From positions 416,001 to 480,000 of the forward strand of contig CAVYTU010000014.1 of the NCBI GenBank assembly GCA_963771465.1: a stretch of DNA of 64,000 nucleotides, given 5' to 3'. The stretch is from an uncultured delta proteobacterium. GTDB lineage: Bacteria > Desulfobacterota > Binatia > UBA9968. Positions 9,596-19,314 of this stretch are shown here, in pieces. Position 1 is the first letter of the stretch. Each line of letters begins with the position of its first letter. The translations under genes and the position numbers were made by a program. The notes below the pieces were generated by a model. The model was not told the DNA's origin. It did no database searches and was given only the letters and a program-made list of their open reading frames with translations.

Positions 9596-10762
9596 TTAGC
9601 CCTTCTTAACCGCTGGTTTAGCGGCAGGCTTGGCAAAATAGTGGTTGTAGGCCATACGGCGGGGAGTGTTGGTGTCGAGGTCCCACTTTACCGTCCGGGC
9701 GGCAAAGGCGCGCTGGGATTCGGCGACTTCTTTGAACGTGGGATTCTCGGCCGATTTCTTCGCCTCCACCTGGTCGAAGATTTCGAGTTGCTTCTGCAGA
9801 ATGGATTCCGGCGTGCGGTAAAATCTGACCTTCTCTTTGGTCTGCAGCTCAATATAGTCTTTCGAGTAGCGGTCCACCGCCTTCCAAGACATATCGGCCG
9901 ACGCGGCGTCCGCGGCGTACGCGATGATCGCCTTCATCTTGTCCGGCAGCGCTTCGAATTTTGTCTTGTTGAACAGAACCTCGAACGTCTCCGCATTCTG
10001 ATGATAACTCTGCAGCATGCAAACCTTCGAGACATCCTGAAAACCTAGGGCGCGGTCGGAGGACGCGTTATTGAACTCCGCTCCCTCGATCAGACCACGG
10101 TCCAACGCCGGCACGATCTCGGCGCCGGGCAGCGCGTTCACCGATGCGCCCATGCCCTGGAACAAGTCGATGGAGATGCCTACCGTGCGAAACTTCATAC
10201 CTTTGAAATCATCCGGCTTGGTGATCGGCTTCTTGTACCAGCCGAGCGGTTGGGTCGGCATCGGACCATAGGGAAAAGAAACCACATTAGCGCCGAGCGC
10301 GCCGTAGATCTTACTGAGCAGTTCCTTGCCGCCGCCGTACTTGTGCCAGGCGAGGACCATGTTTGCGTCCATGCCGTACGCGGGACTCGAACCCCAGAGC
10401 GCGAGAGCTGTCTGTTTGCCGTAGTGGTAGCTGAGAACGCCGTGGCCGCCGTCGAGGGTGCCCTTCGACACGGCGTCGAGCAGTTGAAACGCCGGCACCA
10501 CCGCGCCCGCGGGCAGAACTTCGATCTTGAGATCGCCGCCGGTCATGTCGACGACCTTCTTGGCGAAGTCGAGCGCAAACTCGTGGAATATATCCTTGGA
10601 CGGCCAAGTGCTCTGCCAGCGCATCGAAGTCACACCCTGCGACTTCACGATGTTGGGAAAACCGAGCACAGCCGCCCCTCCCGCGGCCATCGCGGCTTTC
10701 AAAATATTTCGCCGTGAAACCTTCTTCGTTTCTGACACAACAACGTTTGCTTCTTCAGACAT
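9596..10762 (-). CDS. TRAP substrate-binding protein DctP (TakP-like), Tat-exported
   Basis: Twin-arginine SRRNILK; WQSTWP, LPAGAVV, QPLGWYKKPI, GMKFRT. Confidence 0.9.
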   Translation of the reverse strand: MSEEANVVVSETKKVSRRNILKAAMAAGGAAVLGFPNIVKSQGVTSMRWQSTWPSKDIFHEFALDFAKKVVDMTGGDLKIEVLPAGAVVPAFQLLDAVSKGTLDGGHGVLSYHYGKQTALALWGSSPAYGMDANMVLAWHKYGGGKELLSKIYGALGANVVSFPYGPMPTQPLGWYKKPITKPDDFKGMKFRTVGISIDLFQGMGASVNALPGAEIVPALDRGLIEGAEFNNASSDRALGFQDVSKVCMLQSYHQNAETFEVLFNKTKFEALPDKMKAIIAYAADAASADMSWKAVDRYSKDYIELQTKEKVRFYRTPESILQKQLEIFDQVEAKKSAENPTFKEVAESQRAFAARTVKWDLDTNTPRRMAYNHYFAKPAAKPAVKKG

Positions 10763-10792
10763 TGCCAGCCTCCTGATATTAATCCCAAAGTT

Positions 10793-10813
10793 GTAACTGT
10801 ATATTACAGTTAC
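10793..10813. promoter_or_regulatory. perfect palindromic operator in the TRAP/glc divergent region
   Basis: GTAACTGTA-TAT-TACAGTTAC (9-3-9). Confidence 0.65.
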
Positions 10814-10844
10814 CTTAATGCCGTCAATCTCACGAAGGCCCGGG

Positions 10845-10874
10845 TTGACACTCTATTTCACTCTCGACTACGCT
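10845..10874 (+). promoter_or_regulatory. sigma70-type promoter of glcD
   Basis: TTGACA-N18-TACGCT. Confidence 0.55.
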
Positions 10875-10916
10875 TGGCAAGCGAGATAGCCTCGTCCCTC
10901 TGACAGTGATCACAGG

Positions 10917-12353
10917 ATGAATAAACTAGAATCGATTGCCGCGTTGCGCGCCATCGTCGGCGAACATTACGTCCTCGTCGAGAAGGAAGATGTAATCGTC
11001 TACGAGCAGGACGGTTCGATCTTCCAAGTCATGCCGGAAGTCGTCGTCGTGCCGGCGAATGTCGACGAAGTGGCGGCCGTGATCAAGGCGGCGAAACAGG
11101 CCAATGTGCCGATCGTGCCGCGTGGCTCGGGCACCGGACTGGCCGGCGGCGCCGTGCCCGCCGAGGGTGGCATCATAATTTCGTTGGCGCGGCTGAACCA
11201 TATATTGAGAATCGATTTAGAAAATCGTATCGCCATCGTCGAACCCGGTGTGATCAATATCGATATCACCAAAGCCGTTAGCCGACACGAATTTTTCTAC
11301 GCACCCGATCCAAGCAGCCAAGCCGCTTGTTCCATCGGCGGCAACGTCGCGAATAATTCCGGCGGGCCGCACACGCTTGCCTACGGTGTCACCACCAATC
11401 ATGTCCTCGGTGTCGAAGTCGTACTGGATAACGGTGCAATCGTCTGGCTCGGCGGAGAAGTCCCCGACACGCCGGGCTACGATCTCTGCGGTGTTTTTGT
11501 CGGCTCCGAGGGGACGCTTGGCATCGTCACGAAGATCGCCGTCAAGCTGATGCAAACCCGCGAATCGGTGCGAACCCTGCTGGCGATTTTTGACGACATG
11601 GATTTGGCAACCAAGACCGTCGTCGACATCACCAGCGCTGGGATTATTCCCGCCGCCTTGGAAATGATGGATCACACGACGATTGAAGCCATCGAGCGCG
11701 GCGCGCCGGTGGGATTTCCGCGCGACGCTGCGGCGGTGCTGATCGTCGAGGTCGAAGGTTTGAGCGAACATACCGAAAAATCGATACACCTCGCCGGTGC
11801 CGTCTGTCAGCAAAACGGTGCCCGCGAAGTGCGCCGCGCCAAAGACGAGGCCGAACGCCAGCTCTTATGGAAAGGCCGCAAAGGCGCCTTCGGCGCCATG
11901 GGCGCGCTGGCGCCGAACTATTACGTCCAAGACGGCGTCGTGCCGCGCAGCCAATTGCCGGAGATGATGCGCCGCGTCGCGGCAATCAGTAAGCAGTTTG
12001 ATTTGCCCATCGCCAATGTCTTTCACGCCGGCGACGGTAATTTGCATCCGAATATTCTCTTCGACATGCGCAACCCCGGCGAGCTCGACCGCGTCGTCGC
12101 AGCCGGCGAGGCGACCTTGCGCGCCTGCATCGAGCTCGGCGGCAGCATCACCGGCGAGCACGGCGTCGGTTTAGAGAAGAAGGCTTATATCGGTCTCTTA
12201 TTCAGTGAAACCGACCTCGAAGCGATGACGCGCGTGCGCAAAGCCTTCGACCCCGACAACCGTTTCAACCCGGCTAAGTTATTTCCGACGCCGGTGAGTT
12301 GCGGCGAAGTCCGATTGCAGCCGGCGAAGATTGCGGCGGGGATGTGGATTTGA
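10917..12353 (+). CDS. glcD: glycolate oxidase FAD subunit GlcD
   Basis: PRGSGTGLAGG, YAPDPSSQ.ACSIGGNVA.NSGG, GSEGTLG, VQDGVVPR, FHAGDGNLHP, GEHGVG. Confidence 0.9.
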   Translation: MNKLESIAALRAIVGEHYVLVEKEDVIVYEQDGSIFQVMPEVVVVPANVDEVAAVIKAAKQANVPIVPRGSGTGLAGGAVPAEGGIIISLARLNHILRIDLENRIAIVEPGVINIDITKAVSRHEFFYAPDPSSQAACSIGGNVANNSGGPHTLAYGVTTNHVLGVEVVLDNGAIVWLGGEVPDTPGYDLCGVFVGSEGTLGIVTKIAVKLMQTRESVRTLLAIFDDMDLATKTVVDITSAGIIPAALEMMDHTTIEAIERGAPVGFPRDAAAVLIVEVEGLSEHTEKSIHLAGAVCQQNGAREVRRAKDEAERQLLWKGRKGAFGAMGALAPNYYVQDGVVPRSQLPEMMRRVAAISKQFDLPIANVFHAGDGNLHPNILFDMRNPGELDRVVAAGEATLRACIELGGSITGEHGVGLEKKAYIGLLFSETDLEAMTRVRKAFDPDNRFNPAKLFPTPVSCGEVRLQPAKIAAGMWI

Positions 12354-12363
12354 AATTCCTGAA

Positions 12364-12391
12364 TCGAGTTTCGTTTTTCAGGTCGCGAGTT
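12364..12391 (+). repeat. 7-mer degenerate tandem micro-array x4 (TCGAGTT TCGTTTT TCAGGTC GCGAGTT)
   Basis: Read directly in the glcD-glcF gap; degenerate. Confidence 0.45.
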
Positions 12392-12426
12392 GAATCCTTG
12401 AATAGCTAGACTACAGAAGGGCGCCA

Positions 12427-13737
12427 TTGGAACACACCCATCCGGACAGAGACAGTGGCCCCCAAGCAAAGATCGCCACTCTCGATCTCGCCGAACTCTA
12501 TCAATGCGTTCATTGCGGCTTGTGCTTGAATCAATGTCCGACTTATCGCGCCACCGGCCTCGAACCGGAATCGCCGCGCGGCAGAATCCATCTGGTCAAA
12601 GCCGCCGCCGATGGACGCATCGAGCTCAGCGACCGATTCAAGGAACATATTTATCTCTGTCTGCTCTGCCGCGCCTGCGAGAGCGCGTGCCCGTCCGGCG
12701 TGCAATACGGCCGTATCGCTGAAACCGCGCGCGAACACATCGGGCCCCCGGGATCGGCCACCTCCCGGAGAATATTGAACTTCGTTTTCACCCAAATGTT
12801 GCCCCATGCGAGCCGCCTAAAGTTGGCGTTTACGCTCTTCCGTTTGTACCAACGCACCGGCCTGCAACGAATCCTGCGCCCCTTGCTGCCGCAAAAAATG
12901 CGCGACATGGACGCCATGCTGCCGGCGATCCCGAAAAAATTTTTCCGGCCCGAAGCGAATGCTTTGCCAGCCATCGGCCCGCGCCGCGCGCGCGTCGCCA
13001 TGCTTAATGGCTGCGTCATGCCCTTGCTGTTCGGCGACGTCAATGCCGCCACCGTCCGCGTGCTCCGGCGCAACGGTTGCGAAGTCGTCTTCCCGGAGCA
13101 ACAAACCTGCTGCGGCGCGTTGAACATTCACAACGGCGAAAACATCGCGGCGAAAAAAATGGCGCGCCAAAACATCGACGCATTTCTTGCAGCTGGAATT
13201 GACGCGATTGTCGTCAACGCCGCCGGTTGCGGCGCGGCGATGAAGGAATACGATTACCTGCTGCGCGACGATGCCGAGTACGCCGAAAAGGCCAAACGTT
13301 TCAGCGCAACGGTCAAAGACGCCGGCGAATTTCTCGCCGGACTCGGCCTCGTCGGCCCAATGGCGCCGATGAATCTGACCGTCACCTATCAAGATCCTTG
13401 TCATCTCGCGCACGGACAGAAAATTCGCAGCCAGCCGCGCCATCTCTTGCAAGCGATCCCCGGACTGAAATTGATCGAGATGGAAGGCGCAGACCGCTGC
13501 TGCGGCAGCGCGGGAATTTATAATATGACCCACGCCTCCATGTCACAGCATCTGCTCAAGGAGAAAATGCAGTCTGTTGGCGCGACAACTGCTGAGGCCA
13601 TGGTCGCGCCCAATCCCGGCTGCATGTTGCAACTTGCCTACGGCGCAAAATGCTACGGCCCGAATCTACCGGTCTATCATTTGATGGACCTGCTCGATCG
13701 CGCGTACAGCCAAGCTGAAGCCGTGGCCGCGAAATGA
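12427..13737 (+). CDS. glcF: glycolate oxidase iron-sulfur subunit GlcF
   Basis: Two 4Fe-4S motifs (CVHCGLCLNQCP, CLLCRACESACP), ESPRGR, two CCG domains, DPCHLAH, NPGC. Confidence 0.9.
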   Translation: MEHTHPDRDSGPQAKIATLDLAELYQCVHCGLCLNQCPTYRATGLEPESPRGRIHLVKAAADGRIELSDRFKEHIYLCLLCRACESACPSGVQYGRIAETAREHIGPPGSATSRRILNFVFTQMLPHASRLKLAFTLFRLYQRTGLQRILRPLLPQKMRDMDAMLPAIPKKFFRPEANALPAIGPRRARVAMLNGCVMPLLFGDVNAATVRVLRRNGCEVVFPEQQTCCGALNIHNGENIAAKKMARQNIDAFLAAGIDAIVVNAAGCGAAMKEYDYLLRDDAEYAEKAKRFSATVKDAGEFLAGLGLVGPMAPMNLTVTYQDPCHLAHGQKIRSQPRHLLQAIPGLKLIEMEGADRCCGSAGIYNMTHASMSQHLLKEKMQSVGATTAEAMVAPNPGCMLQLAYGAKCYGPNLPVYHLMDLLDRAYSQAEAVAAK

Positions 13738-15020
13738 AAATCACCCACGAGCAACTAGCGCGAAAACTGCAAGCCGCGCTGGGCACAGACGCAGTTAACG
13801 CTGAAGCGAATTGCCGCGCTAGTCACGTCGTCGATGGCGTCATGCCAGCGCTGGTTTGTGCGCCGCAAAGCGCCGAGCAGATTGCCTCGATATTGAGAAT
13901 CTGTGCCGAAGCACAAGCGAGTGTCATCCCCTGGGGCGGCGGCATGGCGATGGCACTCGGCAATCCGCCGCGAGTTGCCAATGTCGTCGTCAAAACCGCC
14001 GCGCTCAACCGAGTGATCGAGCACGATCACGCCAATCTCACGGCGACCGCGCAATGCGGCATCAACCTGAACGCGCTGCAAAATGCGCTCGCGCCGCAAA
14101 ACCAGTTCGCGCCGTTGGATCCGCCGTTCGCCGAGCGCTCGACCATCGGCGGTGTCGTCGCGGCAAACCTGAATGGACCGCGGCGAGCTTCCTATGGCAG
14201 CGTGCGCGACCTGATTATCGGCATGAGAGTCGCGCTGGCGTCAGGCGAACAGATCAAGGCTGGCGGCAAAGTCGTCAAAAATGTCGCCGGCTACGATATG
14301 TGTAAACTATTCACCGGCTCGCTCGGCACCTTGGGAATCATCACGGAAGTGACCTTGAGAGTCGCGCCGATTGCGGAAAGCAGCGCGACCGTCGTGGTTA
14401 CCGGATCGCTCGCCCACGCGACGCAATTGGCCAATCAACTTGCCGCATCGAAGTTATTGCCGACCGCTGTCTTTCTCTCAAACGATTCCACCGAGCAAAC
14501 TTGGCAATTGACGGTCGGCTTCGAAGGTTTCACAGCAACCGTAGCGCGTCAGTTGCAGGACTTGGTATCGATGGCGCAACCGATGGGCATGAACACCACC
14601 ACGCTTGGAATCGAGAAAAATAAACGGGTTTGGCAAGGGATACGCGATTTTCCGCTGAAACCGAATCAGATTATATACCGAGTGACCGTGCCACGGGCAT
14701 CGGTTATGGAAATCGTAAACGTCGTTAACAGTTGGCACAACGACGCGCTGAATCCTGTACTCATCGTCGACTTAGCAATAGGAACGGTGTGGTTTGCTTT
14801 GCACCCAAGCATCGAATCGGCGGCCGATTTTCCCAAGCTCATCGCCCTAGCTCAAAAGCAGCACGGCCACGCAGTCATGTTCGTCGCACCGAGCGAGCAT
14901 AAATCAGCTAGCGACGTATGGGGACCGGCGCCGCCATCGCTGGCGCTGATGCGCGAAATCAAGCAGCAGTTCGATCCCAAGGGAATTCTCAATCCCGGCA
15001 GATTTATTGGCGGTCTGTAA
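13734..15020 (+). CDS. glcE: glycolate oxidase FAD subunit GlcE
   Basis: STIGGVVAAN..GPRR, GGKVVKNVAGYD, GSLGTLG, FDPKGILNPGRF. Confidence 0.9.
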   Translation: MKITHEQLARKLQAALGTDAVNAEANCRASHVVDGVMPALVCAPQSAEQIASILRICAEAQASVIPWGGGMAMALGNPPRVANVVVKTAALNRVIEHDHANLTATAQCGINLNALQNALAPQNQFAPLDPPFAERSTIGGVVAANLNGPRRASYGSVRDLIIGMRVALASGEQIKAGGKVVKNVAGYDMCKLFTGSLGTLGIITEVTLRVAPIAESSATVVVTGSLAHATQLANQLAASKLLPTAVFLSNDSTEQTWQLTVGFEGFTATVARQLQDLVSMAQPMGMNTTTLGIEKNKRVWQGIRDFPLKPNQIIYRVTVPRASVMEIVNVVNSWHNDALNPVLIVDLAIGTVWFALHPSIESAADFPKLIALAQKQHGHAVMFVAPSEHKSASDVWGPAPPSLALMREIKQQFDPKGILNPGRFIGGL

Positions 15021-15063
15021 TGCTCCGCTCCGACTCTCAGCACTCACGACTTATTCTCGACAA

Positions 15064-15567
15064 TTAAAACCAGCGAATCACCCAAGCGCTCAGCCAATTG
15101 TCGACGCCCCAACCGCCGCTGCCGCGCACCGCGAAGTAAGCCGCCGCGGCAACGAACACTAGGTTGTCGCGCAGCCCAACTTCGTGAGCGTGATAGGATT
15201 GGCGATCGAAGGAACGAAAATAGTTTTGCGCTTTCTCGTCCTTGAGCGCGGCCGTGACTACCGGCACCATCGTCGGCAGGACTTTTAGCCAGTGAGAGTG
15301 GAGCGCAAAGGTGGGAATGAGAAACACGATGATCATCACGGCGCATAGCGGTGTCTGGAATCCAACCGCCAGGCCGAATCCGCCGACAACCATCAAGAAC
15401 GTCGCCACGAAGCCAAAAAAAGTCGCGCCCTTGGGAAACAGAATGCTCGCGGTGTTTACCGGATTGGGCCAGCGCCGCACGTTACTCAGCCCGCTAATCA
15501 ACATACGCCAGCCGAGAATCGCTCGCAGCACCGCTTCGGCTAGAATAACCAAGCTCGAATTCTCCAC
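15064..15567 (-). CDS. DoxX family membrane protein
   Basis: LAVGFQTPLCA..IVFLIPTF..H, G.GGWGVD; GTG start at 15567 follows SD GGGAGG (track start 15735 is over-extended). Confidence 0.7.
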   Translation of the reverse strand: MENSSLVILAEAVLRAILGWRMLISGLSNVRRWPNPVNTASILFPKGATFFGFVATFLMVVGGFGLAVGFQTPLCAVMIIVFLIPTFALHSHWLKVLPTMVPVVTAALKDEKAQNYFRSFDRQSYHAHEVGLRDNLVFVAAAAYFAVRGSGGWGVDNWLSAWVIRWF

Positions 15568-15833
15568 GCCGCCTCCCAACGAATAGCTAACAATAGAAAT
15601 CCGCCGCACTATAATCAGCGCCAACATAGCCGTCAAACCGCTGAAACAAGCGGCACAATATCGAACCTCTGTATCGTCTACTGGCCGCACAGAGCGTGAC
15701 TCGTTCTCGTCAGCGATCGTCAAATAGTCCGCCAAACTGCTTGGTTTAGATTGTTTCTGCCAAAAAATTTCTCTACAATGCGCCGGTGCCGTGTTGGCAC
15801 TTTAGTTGCTGTTCCAAGGTTGTCTAAAACGAG

Positions 15834-17063
15834 GTGGCAATGAAACAGGCAAGACTATGGCTGCTCTCACTTTTGTTGAGTGTGGTGTCGCTCGCCGGTG
15901 ACGCAACGGCTCAAAGCAATCAGCCAAACCAAAGTCCCTTCCCGGTGCCCGCTGGGCTCGAATCTTCGATTGAATTCTGGAAAAAAGTTTTTAGCGAGTA
16001 CGGCCTCGCCCAACTGATCTATTTCGACCCCCTCGACCCGAGCAGGATTTACGAAGTGGTCGACGTCGGTGAAGACAGCCGAACCAATGAATATATCAAC
16101 GGCGAGCGATCCCGCATCGCCGCCGCCAATGAGGTCGATATCGAGCGTGTCAAAGCGCAGCGCGGCGTGAAAGAACGGACCGCCGCGGGTATCAAACGTT
16201 CGGGTCGCTATATCGCGCAGATCCAACAGATTTTTCGCGACCGCCAGTTGCCGGTGGAGCTGAGTTTCCTGCCGATCGTCGAATCGTCGTATGACATCTA
16301 TGCCCGGTCGTCGGTCGGCGCGTTAGGCGTTTGGCAATTCATGCCCGCTACGGGGCGCGAGTATATGCGCGTCACCCGCGATATCGATGAACGGCGTGAT
16401 CCATTGGAGTCATCCCGCGCCGCGGCGGCATATCTGAAGCAAGCCTACGAGTATCTCGGCAGTTGGCCTTTGGCGATTACGTCATATAACTATGGTCAGG
16501 CCGGCATGGCTCGTGCGGTTGCGGAGGTCGGATCGAGCAATCTGGTCGACCTGATTCAACGCTACAATCATCAGAACTGGGGTTTTCCACCGAAGCATTT
16601 TTACGCCGAGTTTCTCGCTGCTGTGGAGATCGGCACGAATCTCGAGCGCTATTTCCCCGGATTGGAACTTGATCGAGCAGCGCCGATGAGAGAACAGGAA
16701 CTCACGACCAACATGTCGATCGCGTCTCTGCTCAATTCCACCGGTTTGAGCCGGGATGAACTGTTTGGCTGGAATCCGGCTATTACTCCTACCACGCGTA
16801 TCGTTCCAGCCGGCTATCGGGTCAAACTACCGAGCGATCGCACCATGGAACCGCTGGTTACGGTGGTTCAAGTGCAGCAGGTCACGCGCCAGCCGCAGCC
16901 GAAAGCGCAGGCGCAAGTAGTGCATCATCAAGTGAAACGCGGCGAGACGCTATTCTTGATCGCGCAGCGCTATGGCGCTTCGGTGAATCGAATATTGCAG
17001 GCTAACGGTCTGCGCCACGCCCGTCTGGTCAGAGTCGGAACCACCCTGCGCATTCCGACCTAA
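15834..17063 (+). CDS. lytic transglycosylase with LysM domain (MltD-like)
   Basis: Signal peptide; LPIVESSY, GVWQFMPATG, SYNYG; C-terminal LysM HQVKRGETL..IA.RYG. Confidence 0.88.
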   Translation: MAMKQARLWLLSLLLSVVSLAGDATAQSNQPNQSPFPVPAGLESSIEFWKKVFSEYGLAQLIYFDPLDPSRIYEVVDVGEDSRTNEYINGERSRIAAANEVDIERVKAQRGVKERTAAGIKRSGRYIAQIQQIFRDRQLPVELSFLPIVESSYDIYARSSVGALGVWQFMPATGREYMRVTRDIDERRDPLESSRAAAAYLKQAYEYLGSWPLAITSYNYGQAGMARAVAEVGSSNLVDLIQRYNHQNWGFPPKHFYAEFLAAVEIGTNLERYFPGLELDRAAPMREQELTTNMSIASLLNSTGLSRDELFGWNPAITPTTRIVPAGYRVKLPSDRTMEPLVTVVQVQQVTRQPQPKAQAQVVHHQVKRGETLFLIAQRYGASVNRILQANGLRHARLVRVGTTLRIPT

Positions 17064-17095
17064 ATACTGCCCCTGAGATATAATTGCTGACCACG

Positions 17096-17126
17096 AGGCC
17101 GAGCTGATAAATTCGGCTCGGCCTTT
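17096..17126 (+). terminator. hairpin terminator after the mltD-like gene
   Basis: AGGCCGAGCTGA / TCGGCTCGGCCT stem followed by a short T tract. Confidence 0.6.
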
Positions 17127-17183
17127 GTGCAACTCAATGTGACATTGCTTTAGAATCAAATTTTTTACGCGCGCGCCGCGTCA

Positions 17184-17213
17184 TTGACAAACTTTCCGGC
17201 GGCTAGCTATAGT
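17184..17213 (+). promoter_or_regulatory. sigma70-type promoter, probably leaderless transcript
   Basis: TTGACA-N18-TATAGT, 7 nt before the GTG at 17221. Confidence 0.6.
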
Positions 17214-17220
17214 CACGCGC

Positions 17221-18215
17221 GTGAAGTTATTCGTCATTCGACACGCTGCTTTCGCTGCAACTACTCGATCACAGCGAATTCTAGCCGGCGTTTTACTCAC
17301 GTTACTACTAACCGTTGCAGCTCAAGCCCAAGAGTCGAGAAAAGTTCGCCTCGCGTATTCAGCCTTTAGCGTTTCATTTTTGAATCTGTTCGTCGCCCCC
17401 GATGCCGGACTTTTTAATAAGCACGGCCTCGAGCCGGAGCTGATTCAGATGGCTGGCCCGCTGCCGGTGGCCGCATTGGCCTCAGGCGACATCGATTACC
17501 TCACCGGTTACACCACGGGCATCATCGCCACCGGACAAGGCGCGCCGCTCAAAGGCATCATGATCGCTCTGCGTAAGCCGCCCTTTTTCGTCGTCGCCGA
17601 ACCGGGCGTTCAACGGCTCAACGATCTCACTGGCAAACGCATCGGCGTCGATCGCATCGGCAGTTTGCAGCATTTGGTCGTGCGTTTGTTATTGCGCAGC
17701 AAAGGCGTCGATCCGGAGAAAGTGATTTTTACCCAGACCGGCTCGGTATCAAACACCGTGACCAGCCTCGCCAAGGCGCGGTGTCGGCGGCCGTACTGTC
17801 CGGGCCACACAACGTGATCATGGCGCAAAAAGGTTTTCGCCAGCTCGGCGCTGCCGATGATTTGCCGATGCAACTTCCCACCAGCGGCCTGGTCGTGAAC
17901 GAGAGCAAACTAAAGAGCGACGCCAATCGCATCAAGAACGTGATTCGCGTCATGCTCGACGCCTCGGCGTTCTGCCGCAAAGAGAAAGTCTGGGTGGTGA
18001 ACTACGTCCGCGACAAGTGGAAGATCGAGCAAAAAACCGCCGAGGCCGTCTACGCTCAGGGGCTGGCAATCCTCACGCCGGACGGCAAGATCGCCATCAA
18101 GGACATGCAAGAATACTTCGACTTGGCGTATAATCAGAAGTAAATCCCCGCGCCCATCAACGTCGCGGCGGTGACCGACTACACCTTGATCGATCAAATA
18201 TTAGCGGGGAAATAG
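17221..18215 (+). pseudogene. SsuA/NMT1-type ABC substrate-binding protein, disrupted
   Basis: 1-nt deletion near 17772 (restoring it gives TSLAQGAVSAAVLSGPH) and in-frame TAA at 18141-18143 followed by in-frame IPAPINVAAVTDYTLIDQILAGK-TAG. Confidence 0.75.
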
Positions 18216-18294
18216 TTTTCACTAGTCAGTTCGCAATGGCATTTTAATCCCTGAACTCAAGACGCCAAGCATAGAACAAGGAGTTTTAATTTAT

Positions 18295-18966
18295 ATGATA
18301 GACGGCAAGGCACTCGTTGAGGCAGTCAAGAAGGAAGTCATCGAACCCGGCATTGAAAGTTTGATGAACACGCAGTATTTCACCGAACTGCGCCAGGGGA
18401 AGTTATCGATCAAAAGAATGCAAGGTTGGGCGATCCAACACTATTTGCACAACAAGGCGATTCTAAAATCCTTCGCCTTGGGCATGGTCAAAAACGCTCA
18501 CGAGCCTACGATGTTCGACTACTTCACCGAGCAGTTCACCGAAGAACAGACGCATCCCGATCTGGCAAAGCGGTTTGGCCTCGCGCTCGGCCTCAAGGAA
18601 GAAGACTTCACCGAGGCGACGCAAATTTTTGAATGTCAGATTCATTCCGCGCGCACCGTCTACAACACGCTGATGGGCTACCCGCCGCAAAACCGCGCCT
18701 CCGCGCTGACCAGCGAAAGCATGGTCTGCCGTTACTCGGAGGAATTCTTGAATGCGGGACACAAACACTACGGCCTCGACGATCGCGACCTGACATTTTT
18801 CTCCGTCCACATGGTCGCCGATCAGGAGCATACCGCGCGCTCGGCGGAATTGATCGCCCGCATGGTCAAAACTCCGCGCGAGGAGCGGCTGGTGCGCGAA
18901 AGCGCGCGATATATGGTCCGCATCAAGCTCGGCAAGTTTGACGGACTCTATCGCGAGTACGCATGA
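18295..18966 (+). CDS. heme-oxygenase-like diiron enzyme (TenA/PqqC/CADD superfamily)
   Basis: WAIQHY, EEQTHPDL, SESMV, FFSVHMVADQEH give the E/H/E/H/D/H ligand pattern. Confidence 0.75.
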   Translation: MIDGKALVEAVKKEVIEPGIESLMNTQYFTELRQGKLSIKRMQGWAIQHYLHNKAILKSFALGMVKNAHEPTMFDYFTEQFTEEQTHPDLAKRFGLALGLKEEDFTEATQIFECQIHSARTVYNTLMGYPPQNRASALTSESMVCRYSEEFLNAGHKHYGLDDRDLTFFSVHMVADQEHTARSAELIARMVKTPREERLVRESARYMVRIKLGKFDGLYREYA

Positions 18967-19042
18967 GAGAACCTCTTGATGCCTGCCGCACTTCTTGGCA
19001 AGAGATTGAGCGAGTGAATCGTTTACTGGGCTTTGTTAACGC

Positions 19043-19306
19043 ATGGACATCTTCATCCGCGCGCCTTGGCTGGCATTTGCGGTTGGCGCACTTTTCTTCA
19101 CGCTCAGCTGGTCGACCCGGTCAAAACTACTGATCACGAGCTCGACTGCCTGGATTCTCTACGGCATATACGAATATTTGATGCGCTTTCGCGTGCTGTG
19201 CTCGGGCGAGTGTAACATTCGAGTCGACCTCTTACTGATCTATCCGATCTTGCTGATCCTATCGATCATCGCCGTCGTAACGCTGGTGAAACAGCCTCGC
19301 CCATAA
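19043..19306 (+). CDS. small membrane protein of unknown function
   Basis: Three hydrophobic segments, YGIYEY...CSGECNIRVDLLL. Confidence 0.6.
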   Translation: MDIFIRAPWLAFAVGALFFTLSWSTRSKLLITSSTAWILYGIYEYLMRFRVLCSGECNIRVDLLLIYPILLILSIIAVVTLVKQPRP

Positions 19307-19314
19307 ACGGCATT

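Noticed and set aside
10797-10809. SOS (LexA) box in the TRAP/glc palindrome
   Set aside because: Spacing is CTGT-N5-ACAG, not CTGT-N8-ACAG, and the genes are metabolic.
15030-15055. CTCAGCA/CTCACGA 7-mer array
   Set aside because: Only two convincing units; too weak to list as a feature.
18295-18966. pqqC of PQQ biosynthesis
   Set aside because: No pqqA/B/D/E nearby; only the shared fold motifs are visible.
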